Under the pieces are notes generated by a model. It ran no database searches and had not been told where the DNA came from. It saw only the letters and a list, made by a program, of their open reading frames with translations. Made by a program: the position numbers and the translations under genes. DNA of 64,000 nt from a virus: positions 1-64,000 of the IMG/VR virus record IMGVR_UViG_3300045988_099631; one strand, written 5' to 3'. Shown piece after piece: positions 1 to 9,948 of this stretch. Each line of letters starts with the position of its first letter. The first letter of the stretch is position 1.

Positions 1-5
1 AGCGT

Positions 6-1220
6 TCACATCGCCACGATGTAACTCGCATAATCCTTCCATCCGTCGGCAGCTTTATACGCCGCGACCGATGCAGCCGGGACTTTGATGACAGATACTG
101 TAGCGAGAGCGAACACATTCCTTCCGAGTGTCGGCGGGGTTGTAGCCAGGCATGTAACTGTCGCCATGCTTGCATTTTGCGCGAACGCATAATCTCCGAT
201 CGACGTGACGGAGGCGGGGATAGTGATCTCCGTGAGGCTGGCGCGGGACGAGATAAACGCGCTTCTGCCGATCGTTTCTACTGTATCCGGCAGCGTCACT
301 GACGTTCTGCCGCTTTCTTCTGCGAAACCCTCCGGAATCTCTATTACATGTGCCTGTATATCTATATGTGCCAACGATGCACAGTTATTAAATGCACTAC
401 TGCCAAGTGTCGTTACCGTTGATGGAATTGTGATGGATGTAAGCCCGGAACTTGCAAAAGCTTGACTAGCGATTTCAGTTACGGATGCCGGAATTGTAAT
501 GGATGTCAGACTCCTGCAATCGGCGAGCATTCTGCTTGAGATTTTTTGTAGACCTGATGGCAGTGCAATCGATGCCAGTTGCTCACAGTAGTTAAAAGCA
601 CCGTCCCCGATTTCTGTTACCGTATCCGGTATAGCGATTTGCTTAATCAATGCACCGTCAAAGCAAGAGATTCCTATTTTTGTGAGATTTTGTGGCAGGA
701 TGATGTTGATTGGAAGTTCTTCCCCCGTTTCATTATTGTAGAGTGGTTGAATAATAAAAAACGCATTGTTTGGAAGCACTGTCACAAGTGGCGGAACTGT
801 TAGCGTTGTGATGTATGCAGAATTAAAACATCCATTCCCTAACACGCTGATCGTATTTGGCAGAACCAGCCCATTCACCTGTGCCTGATTAAACGCCATT
901 GCTTCTATTGCCGTGATATTATTTGAAGCATCACTACAGTCAAGGTTTTTTAGTTGGTTCTGCCCTGCGAACTCATACGCATAGATTGCCGTGTGATTGT
1001 AGAGTTTTGCGCGCTTGATATAGTGGTTCGTGATGCCGTCTGTATCCTCCCCCACACCATACTCCGCTTCCATGTACGGCGTAGTCGGTGCTTTCTTGAT
1101 TCCGGCCACAGCAGAGGCAAATCCATCCGGATAGATAAGTTGGCCGGTCTGCCCGCTCTTTGCGCGGATTGCGTCGGCAACTGACGTGAGGTCAGCTGTA
1201 TTCGTCAAATATTCAGCCAT
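6..1220 (-). CDS. Leucine-rich-repeat (BspA/LRR_5-type) fibre or receptor-binding protein
   Basis: 404-aa ORF. Most of it is a run of ~23-25 aa repeats (IP.sVt.IG..AF..C..L..I.I). TGATG overlap with the upstream fibre-block gene at nt 1220. Confidence 0.65.
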   Translation of the reverse strand: MAEYLTNTADLTSVADAIRAKSGQTGQLIYPDGFASAVAGIKKAPTTPYMEAEYGVGEDTDGITNHYIKRAKLYNHTAIYAYEFAGQNQLKNLDCSDASNNITAIEAMAFNQAQVNGLVLPNTISVLGNGCFNSAYITTLTVPPLVTVLPNNAFFIIQPLYNNETGEELPINIILPQNLTKIGISCFDGALIKQIAIPDTVTEIGDGAFNYCEQLASIALPSGLQKISSRMLADCRSLTSITIPASVTEIASQAFASSGLTSITIPSTVTTLGSSAFNNCASLAHIDIQAHVIEIPEGFAEESGRTSVTLPDTVETIGRSAFISSRASLTEITIPASVTSIGDYAFAQNASMATVTCLATTPPTLGRNVFALATVSVIKVPAASVAAYKAADGWKDYASYIVAM

Positions 1221-2071
1221 CAGAAACTCACCCCGTTCGCATCAGAAATTGAGACAGCCGCCCACGCGCCGCCGACCACCCGCAGGAACTTGCCGTTGTC
1301 GGCAGTTGTCACAGCAACCGGAGCCATGTAGTCCGTGCCCGCTTCAGCCTGTGCAAGCTTGCCGTTAGCACCCTTGATAATTCCGGTAAAATCGGTGGCA
1401 AGCGAAGGCCCGATGTTTGTGTCACGCCATCCTCGACCTATCCCCCCTGCTCTGTAGTACAGCACCTGTCCATCACTCGGATTTGGCGGAAAACTTGCTG
1501 CAGTTTCTGTCGCTTGTATAACCCATGTTGCGGTATCACCGTGAAGACCATTGACCATAGTGATGCTTCGCATCGCCAGACCTTCGAATGCCACGGTGAA
1601 TATCGCAATAGCGACATAGGCCGCGCCATCATCGGAGGTTCTCTCATTCACATCCGCTAACGGGTAATATATGCCATTATATTTCACATAACACTGCTTC
1701 TTGTTCAGAATTGCAGTATTTACTTCCTCGTATGTCTTGTCCGGTGTAAAGGAAAATGTTCCATTGCCGTTGTCTGTCGTTGTGCCAACGGTAATAATAA
1801 AAACATCCGAGCCGCCGCCAACGTCCGCAGGCTCCCATTCGACCGGTCTGCCTTGTGCGTCGATGTTTTTTACTACTGGCATTTGCCCTGCGACCGCGCC
1901 AGACATTCCGAGGGACTGTAACGCATAATCTGTACCGGGAATTGCAGTTGTAACGCTGCCATTCCCGTTGCCTTTCAGGATGCCATCTCCGTCGATTTTT
2001 GCCTGCTTGCCATCCACATCCTTCTTGCGGGGGACGGATAAGTTTTCATCGTATCGACTTAAATTCTTCAT
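1220..2071 (-). CDS. Fibre-block structural protein (hypothetical)
   Basis: 283-aa Gly/Thr/Asp-rich ORF between two fibre-like genes, translationally coupled to the LRR gene. Confidence 0.4.
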   Translation of the reverse strand: MKNLSRYDENLSVPRKKDVDGKQAKIDGDGILKGNGNGSVTTAIPGTDYALQSLGMSGAVAGQMPVVKNIDAQGRPVEWEPADVGGGSDVFIITVGTTTDNGNGTFSFTPDKTYEEVNTAILNKKQCYVKYNGIYYPLADVNERTSDDGAAYVAIAIFTVAFEGLAMRSITMVNGLHGDTATWVIQATETAASFPPNPSDGQVLYYRAGGIGRGWRDTNIGPSLATDFTGIIKGANGKLAQAEAGTDYMAPVAVTTADNGKFLRVVGGAWAAVSISDANGVSF

Positions 2072-2124
2072 ATTTCCTCCAAGTTAGCCTCCCTCGGTAT
2101 TTCACGCGGGAGGCATTGCGTTCA

Positions 2125-3657
2125 TCAGCCGATTGCGACTGCGCGGTATGCACCGGCACTCAGAGACGTTACGCTTTCATCGGTCTGGTTGATGATAATC
2201 GTAATGCTGTTATCAGCACCGATTTGCACGTCAGTCAGCACCATTGCGTTCGTAGCCGTTTCGTATACCTGCACCAGCATCGGAGTCTGCGGGCCATTTG
2301 TCTGTGCGGCGATCTGCCAAGTGAATGCGCCACCTGAAGCAGAAAGCACCGGATTTGTAATCGAATACTTGTGCAGATTTTCAGGAGCGGCCTGCCACGT
2401 CGGTGCTTGTCCCTCGCCGTTAGAAGTCAGAACCTGACCAACTTCGCCGCCCGTAGTCGGTGCATAGAACGTCGGATTCGCCGTTTCTGTGCCGTTCTGT
2501 GTAATGGTATTTTTGGTAGCACCTTCGGCAACTGTGCCCAGCTTTGTCTTGTCCACTTTGCTGAACTGCGTATAGGTTTCGCCCTCGCCGATATCGTCCT
2601 GTGTCAGCACAACAACACCGGTCTTGCCGTTGACTGAATTGACGTCAGACGGATTGCAGAGAACATAAACTGTGCCGCCCCATCGGTACTGCTTGTTCTG
2701 GTAGCTTCCCTCCGTCATGACAATGTAAATCTTGCCCGTTTCCGGAGTCAGCGGAGTGCCCCCCTCAGTAGCAGAAAGCCAATCAGCCGCTCTCGGCGTG
2801 GTGCCAACGATATACGCCTCAACGACATCATCGACATAGCTGGGCAGCTGGCCAGCCGGGACAAGGCCGTCTGCACCGAGGGTTGCGACGCCGTTCGGCT
2901 GCCCCTTCTCAGATGCGGGAATCTTGGCATTAAGCTGTGCCTGTGCATCGGATGTAAGGCCGGAAATGTACTGTGCGCCAACAATTTCAACGACTTCTGC
3001 CGCCGTGATGTGCCCGGCCTTATCGATTGTGAGAGAAACCGTGTGTGTCGCATCGCCATACTGACCAGCAGTTGCGCTGGAGAACACATGTCCGAGCGTG
3101 ATAATCTTGGTCGTGCCGTCTGCGTTGACATGAATCCACTTATCACCAGACGCAAGAGAGAACGTATCGGTCTTGCTGGTCGCAGAAACCGTTGCCGCTG
3201 CATTCTGGCCTGCAACTTCGGCGGTGTCATTCGTACTCTGCTGCGGAATTGTGATGTTGGAGAACGCGTTCTGGTTGACTTCACCGCCTCCGGCCACTGC
3301 ATTCTTAACAGCAGTATCGAGCGCAGCAAATGCTTTCTGAAGCGTATCACCATCGGCAATATAGCCACCATCGACCGGCTGATAGTCGTTCAGAGTGAGT
3401 TCGACAATCTTCTTCGTCGCTACAGTTCCATCCGTTCCGAGTCCAACAATTACTGTTCCGGTACTGCCCGCTTGACTATAAACAACGCCTACCGGCTTCC
3501 ATTTCTCGCCGTCGTACTGATAAATGATCTTGTCATTTGAGTTTGTATAGACTTGGAATTGCTTGGGGTTTGCGGGTGCAGTAGCCAGCGGCTGAAGCAC
3601 TGCATTCTGAATTTCGTTTTTGTTGAGGTCAAGGTTTGTAAGAACGCTTCTACTCAT
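2125..3657 (-). CDS. Tail fibre protein
   Basis: 510-aa ORF. N-terminus MSRSVLTNLDLNKNEIQNAVLQPL resembles phage fibre anchor N-termini. Long Gly/Thr/Ala-rich body. Confidence 0.5.
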   Translation of the reverse strand: MSRSVLTNLDLNKNEIQNAVLQPLATAPANPKQFQVYTNSNDKIIYQYDGEKWKPVGVVYSQAGSTGTVIVGLGTDGTVATKKIVELTLNDYQPVDGGYIADGDTLQKAFAALDTAVKNAVAGGGEVNQNAFSNITIPQQSTNDTAEVAGQNAAATVSATSKTDTFSLASGDKWIHVNADGTTKIITLGHVFSSATAGQYGDATHTVSLTIDKAGHITAAEVVEIVGAQYISGLTSDAQAQLNAKIPASEKGQPNGVATLGADGLVPAGQLPSYVDDVVEAYIVGTTPRAADWLSATEGGTPLTPETGKIYIVMTEGSYQNKQYRWGGTVYVLCNPSDVNSVNGKTGVVVLTQDDIGEGETYTQFSKVDKTKLGTVAEGATKNTITQNGTETANPTFYAPTTGGEVGQVLTSNGEGQAPTWQAAPENLHKYSITNPVLSASGGAFTWQIAAQTNGPQTPMLVQVYETATNAMVLTDVQIGADNSITIIINQTDESVTSLSAGAYRAVAIG

Positions 3658-3686
3658 TGTAAGTTTCCTCTCTTTCCGTGTTCAGG

Positions 3687-4391
3687 TCAGTTGAGATATG
3701 CTTTCCCAGAGAATGGAGCAGTAAACGCAACGGACAATTTGTTCTTGTCAATATACTGCACATCCCCCACAACTTCTGTACCCGCGCTATCTGCAACTGA
3801 TACAGAGGGGTATTTGCCGAGATTGTGCTGTATCATCCATAAATCGGACGCTACATTTTGTGTGAATGCGAAGTGGAGGTCATCACCTGCTCCAACGCCG
3901 ATATTCGCGCGTGCGCGCTGCTGTTCTTCTGGTGTAAGGTTTTGCTCTACATCGTATCGGACTGCGCCCAATGCGGCATTTACGCCTGCCGCCATTACCG
4001 TTACACTAATGTTTCCATTTACCGCGCCGATTTCAACCGGAATATCATCTGTGACTGTTCCGCCCGATGAATCCGCATCAATCAGAATGCCACGGTTCGC
4101 AGCTGTCAGGATTCGGATTTGACGTCCGATGCCGCCAAAAATATTGCCGCCCTTGAACTGTATTCTAGCCTGTGGCTCGACACACCCGCTCATTGAAAAA
4201 GATTGTTCCTGCTCAACAGGAAACAGCCATTTCCCGCTCTTGTACGTTACATCGCCCGGATATTGTCTGGAAAGCTTTCCAAGATTCAGGACGACAATTT
4301 CCACCATATCTTCGGTAATCAACGTGCCGTCCAGCATTCGCAAAACAAACGGCATGGAGTAACTATCACCTTGCATAATTGAAATTGCCAT
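3687..4391 (-). CDS. Virion structural protein (hypothetical)
   Basis: 234-aa ORF inside the structural block, 1-nt gap to the upstream gene. Confidence 0.35.
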   Translation of the reverse strand: MAISIMQGDSYSMPFVLRMLDGTLITEDMVEIVVLNLGKLSRQYPGDVTYKSGKWLFPVEQEQSFSMSGCVEPQARIQFKGGNIFGGIGRQIRILTAANRGILIDADSSGGTVTDDIPVEIGAVNGNISVTVMAAGVNAALGAVRYDVEQNLTPEEQQRARANIGVGAGDDLHFAFTQNVASDLWMIQHNLGKYPSVSVADSAGTEVVGDVQYIDKNKLSVAFTAPFSGKAYLN

Positions 4392-4392
4392 A

Positions 4393-5712
4393 TCAGATAC
4401 CCTCCAAACCGATTTCTACGCTTGATTTATATTCCCCAAACGACGCTGTTACTTCCAGTGGTGATTTGCTTGCAGTCCAGCAAGTTATTTGTGTGCTATT
4501 CCCTGCTTCCGTCGCAGTATATGACATCGTATCCGCACCAGAATAAGAGAACGTTATTTTATCTAACCGTTCTTCTCCGTTTTCAAAATACGCGGCTTCT
4601 ATTGTGACGGACTCATATGGGCGAAGCTTGTCCGGAATATTCCCTAGGAACGCGACCTCGTTTCCACTTTCCGCAGGAACAACGGTTATTTCGTATTCCT
4701 CTCTGATGCTTCGATTCTGTTCTAGTGTACAGGTCACTGTGCAAGTCCCCTCGGTTACGCCGAAAACGCTTCCATCCATACCAACGTCCGCAACATTTGT
4801 GTCGCTGCTTTCCCAAATGTAGCTGACTGGATGATCGTAGTCATGGTCTGCGTCCTTCCCCATTCTGATGCTGACAGCCTCTAGCTGCCCTGTAGCGCCA
4901 CTTTTTATGATGGGGTTTCCCTTCACCCGAATTTCCCATGAAAACGTCTTTCCGCCTGCTACATGGTTTTCCATGTCGTCAATTTCTTCGTTCGGCGGTT
5001 CATATCTAGCCGTGAATTCAAGCAGCCGGACTGAATCATAATCTCCGGTAAATTCCTGCGCGTAATCACCAAAGCCGGTGATGTGGTATGCAGCTGACCC
5101 GAGAATGATTCTGCTGTTTGTGTTAAGCTTTTTTGTTTCTTCGTTTCGCTGGCATATGATATTAACATAACCCTTTGTAATAAGGGCATATTCTTGCATA
5201 TCGCTTTCGTTTGCTGTCAGGATTGCCTTTTCGACACATATCGGTTCTTTCAGGAGATTTCCGTACCAGTCCAGATGGTTCCACGTTGACCGGCAGCGTT
5301 GTGCAACTCCGATGCCAGTTGCGTTGGAAATGTTCTGCGGGTTTGTGATAAGCCAAATGCTTCCCATTGCATCGATTTTTGTCCCTTCCGGCACATACTC
5401 AATGCTTTCATCGGCAAATATAATGTCCTTGTAATCATCCTGCTTACGGAGTGTCGATGCCGTTTTCGGTGCTATGTCCGCCATACGAATGGATGTAGTT
5501 TCCCACTCATAAAACGCATCTGGGTTCAATCCCTGCACACGCGCCTCGATAAAGTCAGAAGCATACTTCGCATACTGATGCACAAACTCTGCGCTTGGGT
5601 CTCCGAAATACTGCTTCTGCCGGCCTCTGTATTGCGATGGGGTGTTCCTGACTGCTGTTTTCAGGTGGCCGGAAGCAATCAATCCGTTCTTGATATTGTC
5701 CGAGATCGGCAT
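4393..5712 (-). CDS. Structural protein with C-terminal Ig-like (Big_2-like) domains
   Basis: 439-aa ORF. Segments such as SSDTNVADVGMDGSVFGVTEGTCTVTCT fit the bacterial Ig-like group 2 pattern. Confidence 0.45.
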   Translation of the reverse strand: MPISDNIKNGLIASGHLKTAVRNTPSQYRGRQKQYFGDPSAEFVHQYAKYASDFIEARVQGLNPDAFYEWETTSIRMADIAPKTASTLRKQDDYKDIIFADESIEYVPEGTKIDAMGSIWLITNPQNISNATGIGVAQRCRSTWNHLDWYGNLLKEPICVEKAILTANESDMQEYALITKGYVNIICQRNEETKKLNTNSRIILGSAAYHITGFGDYAQEFTGDYDSVRLLEFTARYEPPNEEIDDMENHVAGGKTFSWEIRVKGNPIIKSGATGQLEAVSIRMGKDADHDYDHPVSYIWESSDTNVADVGMDGSVFGVTEGTCTVTCTLEQNRSIREEYEITVVPAESGNEVAFLGNIPDKLRPYESVTIEAAYFENGEERLDKITFSYSGADTMSYTATEAGNSTQITCWTASKSPLEVTASFGEYKSSVEIGLEGI

Positions 5713-5739
5713 AATGTCCAGCCTCCCTTCCGATGTTTC

Positions 5740-6462
5740 TTAGAGCAGTGTGAACACGCGCCGCATGGGATTTACCTGACGCATATACGCGCATTCCTGC
5801 TCATACCCACGCAGTTCACCATAGAATAATTGTAAGTTTTCCTTGTACCGAGCCGTTGATTCCTTCATAGTGGTGTTTTCGTTCGGTGTATTAAAACTCT
5901 TGTCCTTTATTTTCGGCTGGATGTTCAGCCATTCACGGTTAAAGCGGTTATCCCATGTCACCGCGACGGCCAATCCCAATAGACGTTTCTGTTTGAGCGT
6001 AAGTTCATGATAAAAATGGCCGTCTGTATAGAAATCCAAACGATATTCGATACCTGCGTTGTCCTGCTGTGGAAATGTTACATTTCCCGTTTCGGAGTCG
6101 TAGGTAAAATCCGTGTATGGGACGAACGAAGCGTCTCCATTTCGTGCGTACTGCACACTTACGCAGCTGCAAAGTTCATATCCAACTTTTCCTGTCTGAA
6201 TCGTTGTTTCCTGCGTTGTACTGGTCTGTCCGCTTGTCCAATCGAAATCGGAATATTGTGGTTCTTCAAGTCCTTCTGTCAGGAACACAAGCAGTTCAGG
6301 TGGGCTTTTCAGCATAGGGATTGCCATTTTCACCCATGCGCTCATGCGTCGGAAAAACAGTGCTGCATCTGTTCTCAGGTCATCTGTCATTCGGTCATCG
6401 CCGATGATAACCATGGCGTGATTTGTAATGATATCGCTCCAAGAGGTTCCCATTAGTCCCAT
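5740..6462 (-). CDS. Structural-module protein (hypothetical)
   Basis: 240-aa ORF in the same operon. No recognisable motif. Confidence 0.35.
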   Translation of the reverse strand: MGLMGTSWSDIITNHAMVIIGDDRMTDDLRTDAALFFRRMSAWVKMAIPMLKSPPELLVFLTEGLEEPQYSDFDWTSGQTSTTQETTIQTGKVGYELCSCVSVQYARNGDASFVPYTDFTYDSETGNVTFPQQDNAGIEYRLDFYTDGHFYHELTLKQKRLLGLAVAVTWDNRFNREWLNIQPKIKDKSFNTPNENTTMKESTARYKENLQLFYGELRGYEQECAYMRQVNPMRRVFTLL

Positions 6463-6626
6463 TCCTCCTTTTCGTAGGAAGAATCGTTCATGGTGTTTTG
6501 GTATTCCTCCCGGATAAAATCGGCGGCAGCCTCATCCTCAATCAGAAGCAGAAGAGATTCAATGATGCCGCATAGAGCCTCAATTCTTTCCTTGCTGTCC
6601 ATGGTTCGACCGCCGCCTTTCCTATA

Positions 6627-7622
6627 TTAAGCATTGACAGTAACAGTGCATTGTGCCTGTCCTGCCAGATAGTTGTCGTTTTCTTCCTGCACGATAGACA
6701 GAACCGCATTTCCTGCATTCAGTCCCTCTATGGTGACGGTGGTGTTGTTCACAACTGGGCTGATTGCTACCGCAGAAGGGTTGCTGTTTTCGATGGTAAG
6801 CTGACTATTTGATGCAGTCGTAATCGTGAATGTTTCGGTTGTACCAGCGGACATTTCGATTGCTTCCGAACTGACGCTTAATCCAGCACTGGCCTTTGCA
6901 ATCGTCCACGGAACAATGATGGTTCCCTTATAGTTTCCGATTCCGTCAATTCGGAGGGAATATGCTCCGGCGTTCGTACCTTTGTTGTCTGATACAGTGT
7001 AGTCCGTGTCAGCCGTAAGCTCTGTTCCACCGAGCGTCACGCTTGTAACCGTTTTGGTTTGTTCACTTCCCGTATAGGTAAGCGCCGCGCTCACCACAAC
7101 TGTTGCGCTCTCAATGCTGGTCTTGACCGTTACTGCATTTTCGAGATTATAGAAGAATCCGCTGTTTACTCCGTTTGCCGTAACGATATAGCCGCCGACT
7201 TGCAGCTCATACTTTCCAGCATCGACTTCTGGAACTGTATAGCCGCCACGAGATACTTTTGCTCCAGTGACAGCGGTAAGCGTAACAACTCCATGCACCC
7301 TGTTCTGCGCCGCCCATCTGACGTGCATATAGGTAAGTGTTGTAGCTGCACTGAATACGATATATTCAATCGGGCCATAATACCGGACGGTGAATACATC
7401 GCCTTCCGGCTTTGCTGTCAGCTGCGTTTCGCGGTTCAGTTTTACCGTAAAAGATGCTGCAGCCGTCATTTCGACGCCAAGGATTTCTGCCTCTGAACCG
7501 TTCCACGGTTGGTCACTGAAGTTCGTTTCAACCACAGCCCGAACCGTCGGAAGAATGTTTTTGTTTGCCGCGTATGCGGACGCAGGCACAAAGGAAAACT
7601 CGCTATAGACAGGACTACTCAT
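6627..7622 (-). CDS. Ig-like-domain virion surface protein
   Basis: 331 aa from ATG 7622 (GGAAAGAGG RBS). C-terminal half has Ig-like repeats (…YTGSEQTKTVTSVTLGGTELTADTDYTVSDNKGTNAGAYSLRIDGIGNYKG…; …SAGTTETFTITTASNSQLTIENSNPSAVA…). Confidence 0.45.
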   Translation of the reverse strand: MSSPVYSEFSFVPASAYAANKNILPTVRAVVETNFSDQPWNGSEAEILGVEMTAAASFTVKLNRETQLTAKPEGDVFTVRYYGPIEYIVFSAATTLTYMHVRWAAQNRVHGVVTLTAVTGAKVSRGGYTVPEVDAGKYELQVGGYIVTANGVNSGFFYNLENAVTVKTSIESATVVVSAALTYTGSEQTKTVTSVTLGGTELTADTDYTVSDNKGTNAGAYSLRIDGIGNYKGTIIVPWTIAKASAGLSVSSEAIEMSAGTTETFTITTASNSQLTIENSNPSAVAISPVVNNTTVTIEGLNAGNAVLSIVQEENDNYLAGQAQCTVTVNA

Positions 7623-7661
7623 GTTAATACCTCTTTCCTGCGCCCGTATGCGGCGCAATGT

Positions 7662-8558
7662 TTACTGCGCGTCCCGCGCGTTCATTTCTTCGATAATGGA
7701 GATGAAGTCACCCCTCTGGTTCTTCGGGGTTTTGCTCATTTCGTTCAGTTTCACGACGATTTCTCGCGTGATGTTTGGATTGCCAAGCGCATATTCTTCC
7801 GCGTAGGTCTGCGCGACCATCTTCTTGTGTCCTTCGCAAAGCTTCGGGTAAAGTGACAGCATTTCATCGCTGTATTCCGCCATTTTTGCGAATACTCTCT
7901 TGTCAAGGATTTCTCCATCCTTATAGTTGACGCCAAGTGCCTCGCGCTCATCGTCACTCAGTCCGGACACAACGATCAGCCATCTGCGCGCCATAAAGAC
8001 ACGGTTCACGTCCGTCAGAACGCGGGAGAGATCACGGTGCGGCACATAGAAACTCCCACTCTTGCCTACGATCTGACCGAAGATGCCGCCTTCTCCGAAG
8101 AACACGACGTTATCATCCGCGACAGGAGCTTCCCAGAGGAAATGCACCATTTCGGAGTCATTTGCTACCTGAATAATCTGCGGAGTCACAGGTGCCTGCG
8201 GCTGTACATTTGCAACCGCCTTGGCAACCGCCTCGGCTACCATCTTCTGCACATCTGCCATCGTGAACGTCTGTTCTGCCCGCTTGTTTGTTTCCGTGTG
8301 AACTTTAACGGTTTCACCCGCCAATTCAGGCGCAACTTCCGTCAGCGGAACTTCGCTTCCGTCGTATCGGATTCCGGTCACATCATCTGCATTGACAGAC
8401 AGGATATTTCCTTTACCCGTTTCTGCCTTTTCAGCAGTATTCGCGGTCTGATCTTCTTCCGGAACATCAAAGAAAACATCTTCTTCCTTGACTTCCTCCG
8501 CCACAGGCGTTTTCTTCGGTCTTCCGGGTTTCTTTCCAGTGTTCTTGTTTTCAGCCAT
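7662..8558 (-). CDS. Head-proximal hypothetical protein
   Basis: 298 aa from ATG 8558 (AAGGAG RBS). Charged N-terminus. First gene after the capsid gene. Confidence 0.35.
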   Translation of the reverse strand: MAENKNTGKKPGRPKKTPVAEEVKEEDVFFDVPEEDQTANTAEKAETGKGNILSVNADDVTGIRYDGSEVPLTEVAPELAGETVKVHTETNKRAEQTFTMADVQKMVAEAVAKAVANVQPQAPVTPQIIQVANDSEMVHFLWEAPVADDNVVFFGEGGIFGQIVGKSGSFYVPHRDLSRVLTDVNRVFMARRWLIVVSGLSDDEREALGVNYKDGEILDKRVFAKMAEYSDEMLSLYPKLCEGHKKMVAQTYAEEYALGNPNITREIVVKLNEMSKTPKNQRGDFISIIEEMNARDAQ

Positions 8559-8605
8559 GTCGCACACTCCTTCCAGATTTAATGGCTATTTTCCTCCACG
8601 AATGT

Positions 8606-8652
8606 TGGCTCCGTCCGGACTCGAACCGTATCTTGCAGCACCATGCAGAGCC
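8606..8652 (-). other. tRNA-like acceptor-stem/T-arm fragment (47 nt)
   Basis: Minus strand reads GGCTCTG-15 nt-TACGG-TTCGAGT-CCGGA-CGGAGCC-A. This gives a 7-bp acceptor-like pairing and a canonical GTTCGAGTC T-loop. No D arm or anticodon arm. Confidence 0.3.
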
Positions 8653-8659
8653 ATATGGT

Positions 8660-8691
8660 GCGGGACGGGCTGGAGGTAAAACCCGCCCCGC
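8660..8691 (-). other. GC-rich stem-loop 3' of the capsid gene
   Basis: GCGGGGCGGG / CCCGTCCCGC form a 10-bp stem (one G-U) with a 12-nt loop, starting 11 nt after the capsid stop. No U-tract, so it may be a stabiliser rather than a terminator. Confidence 0.35.
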
Positions 8692-8701
8692 GAAGAAGAG
8701 A

Positions 8702-9931
8702 TTAGACCGTTACATGGCCCACTTTGCTAGAGAACGTTGCAACCGAATCAAGAGCGGTCGTGAGGTTGATGCCCATCTCGAAGTCGGCCGTGCGAGTCGG
8801 GTCGATTTCGATGGTAATGGGCGTTTCGGCGTTGTAAGCAATGGTCAAAGGCTTACGGCCGGCAGCAGACAGCATCCAAATGTCGTTTGCAGACAGGATG
8901 GTAGTCGGTTCGGTGTTCAGCTTCAGCGGGCTCGCAGCGTCACGGAGCGGCATCAGGCGAACGCCAAGGAACTCACCCAGCATACCGGTGCTGTTGTACT
9001 GAGTGCCGAGGAGCATCGCAAGAGCGGCATCCATGTTGACGTTGGTGGAGCCGGTAGCCTGCGTCGGCAGAACCTTGCTCAGAGCGACCGGAGAACCGGT
9101 AGCGATGATGGTGCGCAGACCGACGTTGTTGATGGTAGACAGCTTGTTCGCCAGAGAAATCCAGTTCTGGTTGGTGAACGTCTGGTTCAGGTTCGTGGGG
9201 ATGAGCGTAGTGTCGGCTGCAGCCAGAGTCATAGACTGATTCCACATGCCCATAACCTTCGCATACATACCAGCAACGAGGTTCGCAAAGAACGCGCCGA
9301 AGTCGGTGTTGTTGCCGACGAGCTGATGCCACTTTGCAGTGATCTGAGCGGTCTTCGGCTGCGGATTCAGCGTGTAATCCTTGCTGTAGAAGCGGTTGCG
9401 AGGAACGCTTCTGGATGCACCCCAAGAAGAATCCTGGAAGATGGGAATGTCGTTAGATCCGATGGAGATCGTATGAGTCTCGCCAAAGCCGACCTGAATG
9501 GTTTCTGCAAAGAAATCGACGGCTTCGGAGAATACATTGGGAAGAATCGGATAAACAACTTCCTGCCAAATGCCCTGAAGGACACGGTAAAAAGCAGGGT
9601 TGCCATAGAAACGCTGACCGTTTCTCTTGAAGGACTCAAAGTCTGCGGGAGCAGTTTCGCCGGTCTGTGCGCAGCAAATCTTTGCCGCATACAGAAGCTG
9701 CTCACGCTGGAACTTTTCGTTCAGTTCCTTGTAGCCGTTCGCGGACAGCATATGGGAAATGCCAGTGGACTGAAGGCCGTTGACAGCCAGCATCGCTTCC
9801 TTGCCTGTAAGAGCGTGCTCATAGAAGAGGACACGGCCCTTGGAGACGATATCCGCACGCTGGGCTTCTCCAGTGGAAGCATTCACGCGGAAAACATCAG
9901 CAGAAACGCTGTTAAGATTGATTCTCGGCAT
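8702..9931 (-). CDS. Major capsid protein (candidate)
   Basis: 409-aa ORF with AAGGAG RBS. Gene order is portal - scaffold-like - small gene - this ORF, and a strong stem-loop follows it. The call rests on position and size only. Confidence 0.55.
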   Translation of the reverse strand: MPRINLNSVSADVFRVNASTGEAQRADIVSKGRVLFYEHALTGKEAMLAVNGLQSTGISHMLSANGYKELNEKFQREQLLYAAKICCAQTGETAPADFESFKRNGQRFYGNPAFYRVLQGIWQEVVYPILPNVFSEAVDFFAETIQVGFGETHTISIGSNDIPIFQDSSWGASRSVPRNRFYSKDYTLNPQPKTAQITAKWHQLVGNNTDFGAFFANLVAGMYAKVMGMWNQSMTLAAADTTLIPTNLNQTFTNQNWISLANKLSTINNVGLRTIIATGSPVALSKVLPTQATGSTNVNMDAALAMLLGTQYNSTGMLGEFLGVRLMPLRDAASPLKLNTEPTTILSANDIWMLSAAGRKPLTIAYNAETPITIEIDPTRTADFEMGINLTTALDSVATFSSKVGHVTV

Positions 9932-9948
9932 TGATATTCACTCCTTCC

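Noticed and set aside
1-8000. Diversity-generating retroelement targeting the fibre or LRR genes.
   Set aside because: No reverse-transcriptase-like ORF occurs anywhere in the window. I could not find a template/variable repeat pair near the 3' ends of the fibre genes.
8582-9934. 450-aa plus-strand ORF, together with other long plus-strand ORFs such as 13018-13638, 25231-25944, 48102-48938 and 50483-51196.
   Set aside because: They lie antisense to well-supported minus-strand genes. They have no RBS and Arg/Ser/Gly-rich low-complexity composition, and they break the otherwise uniform leftward operon structure. They are open-frame shadows.
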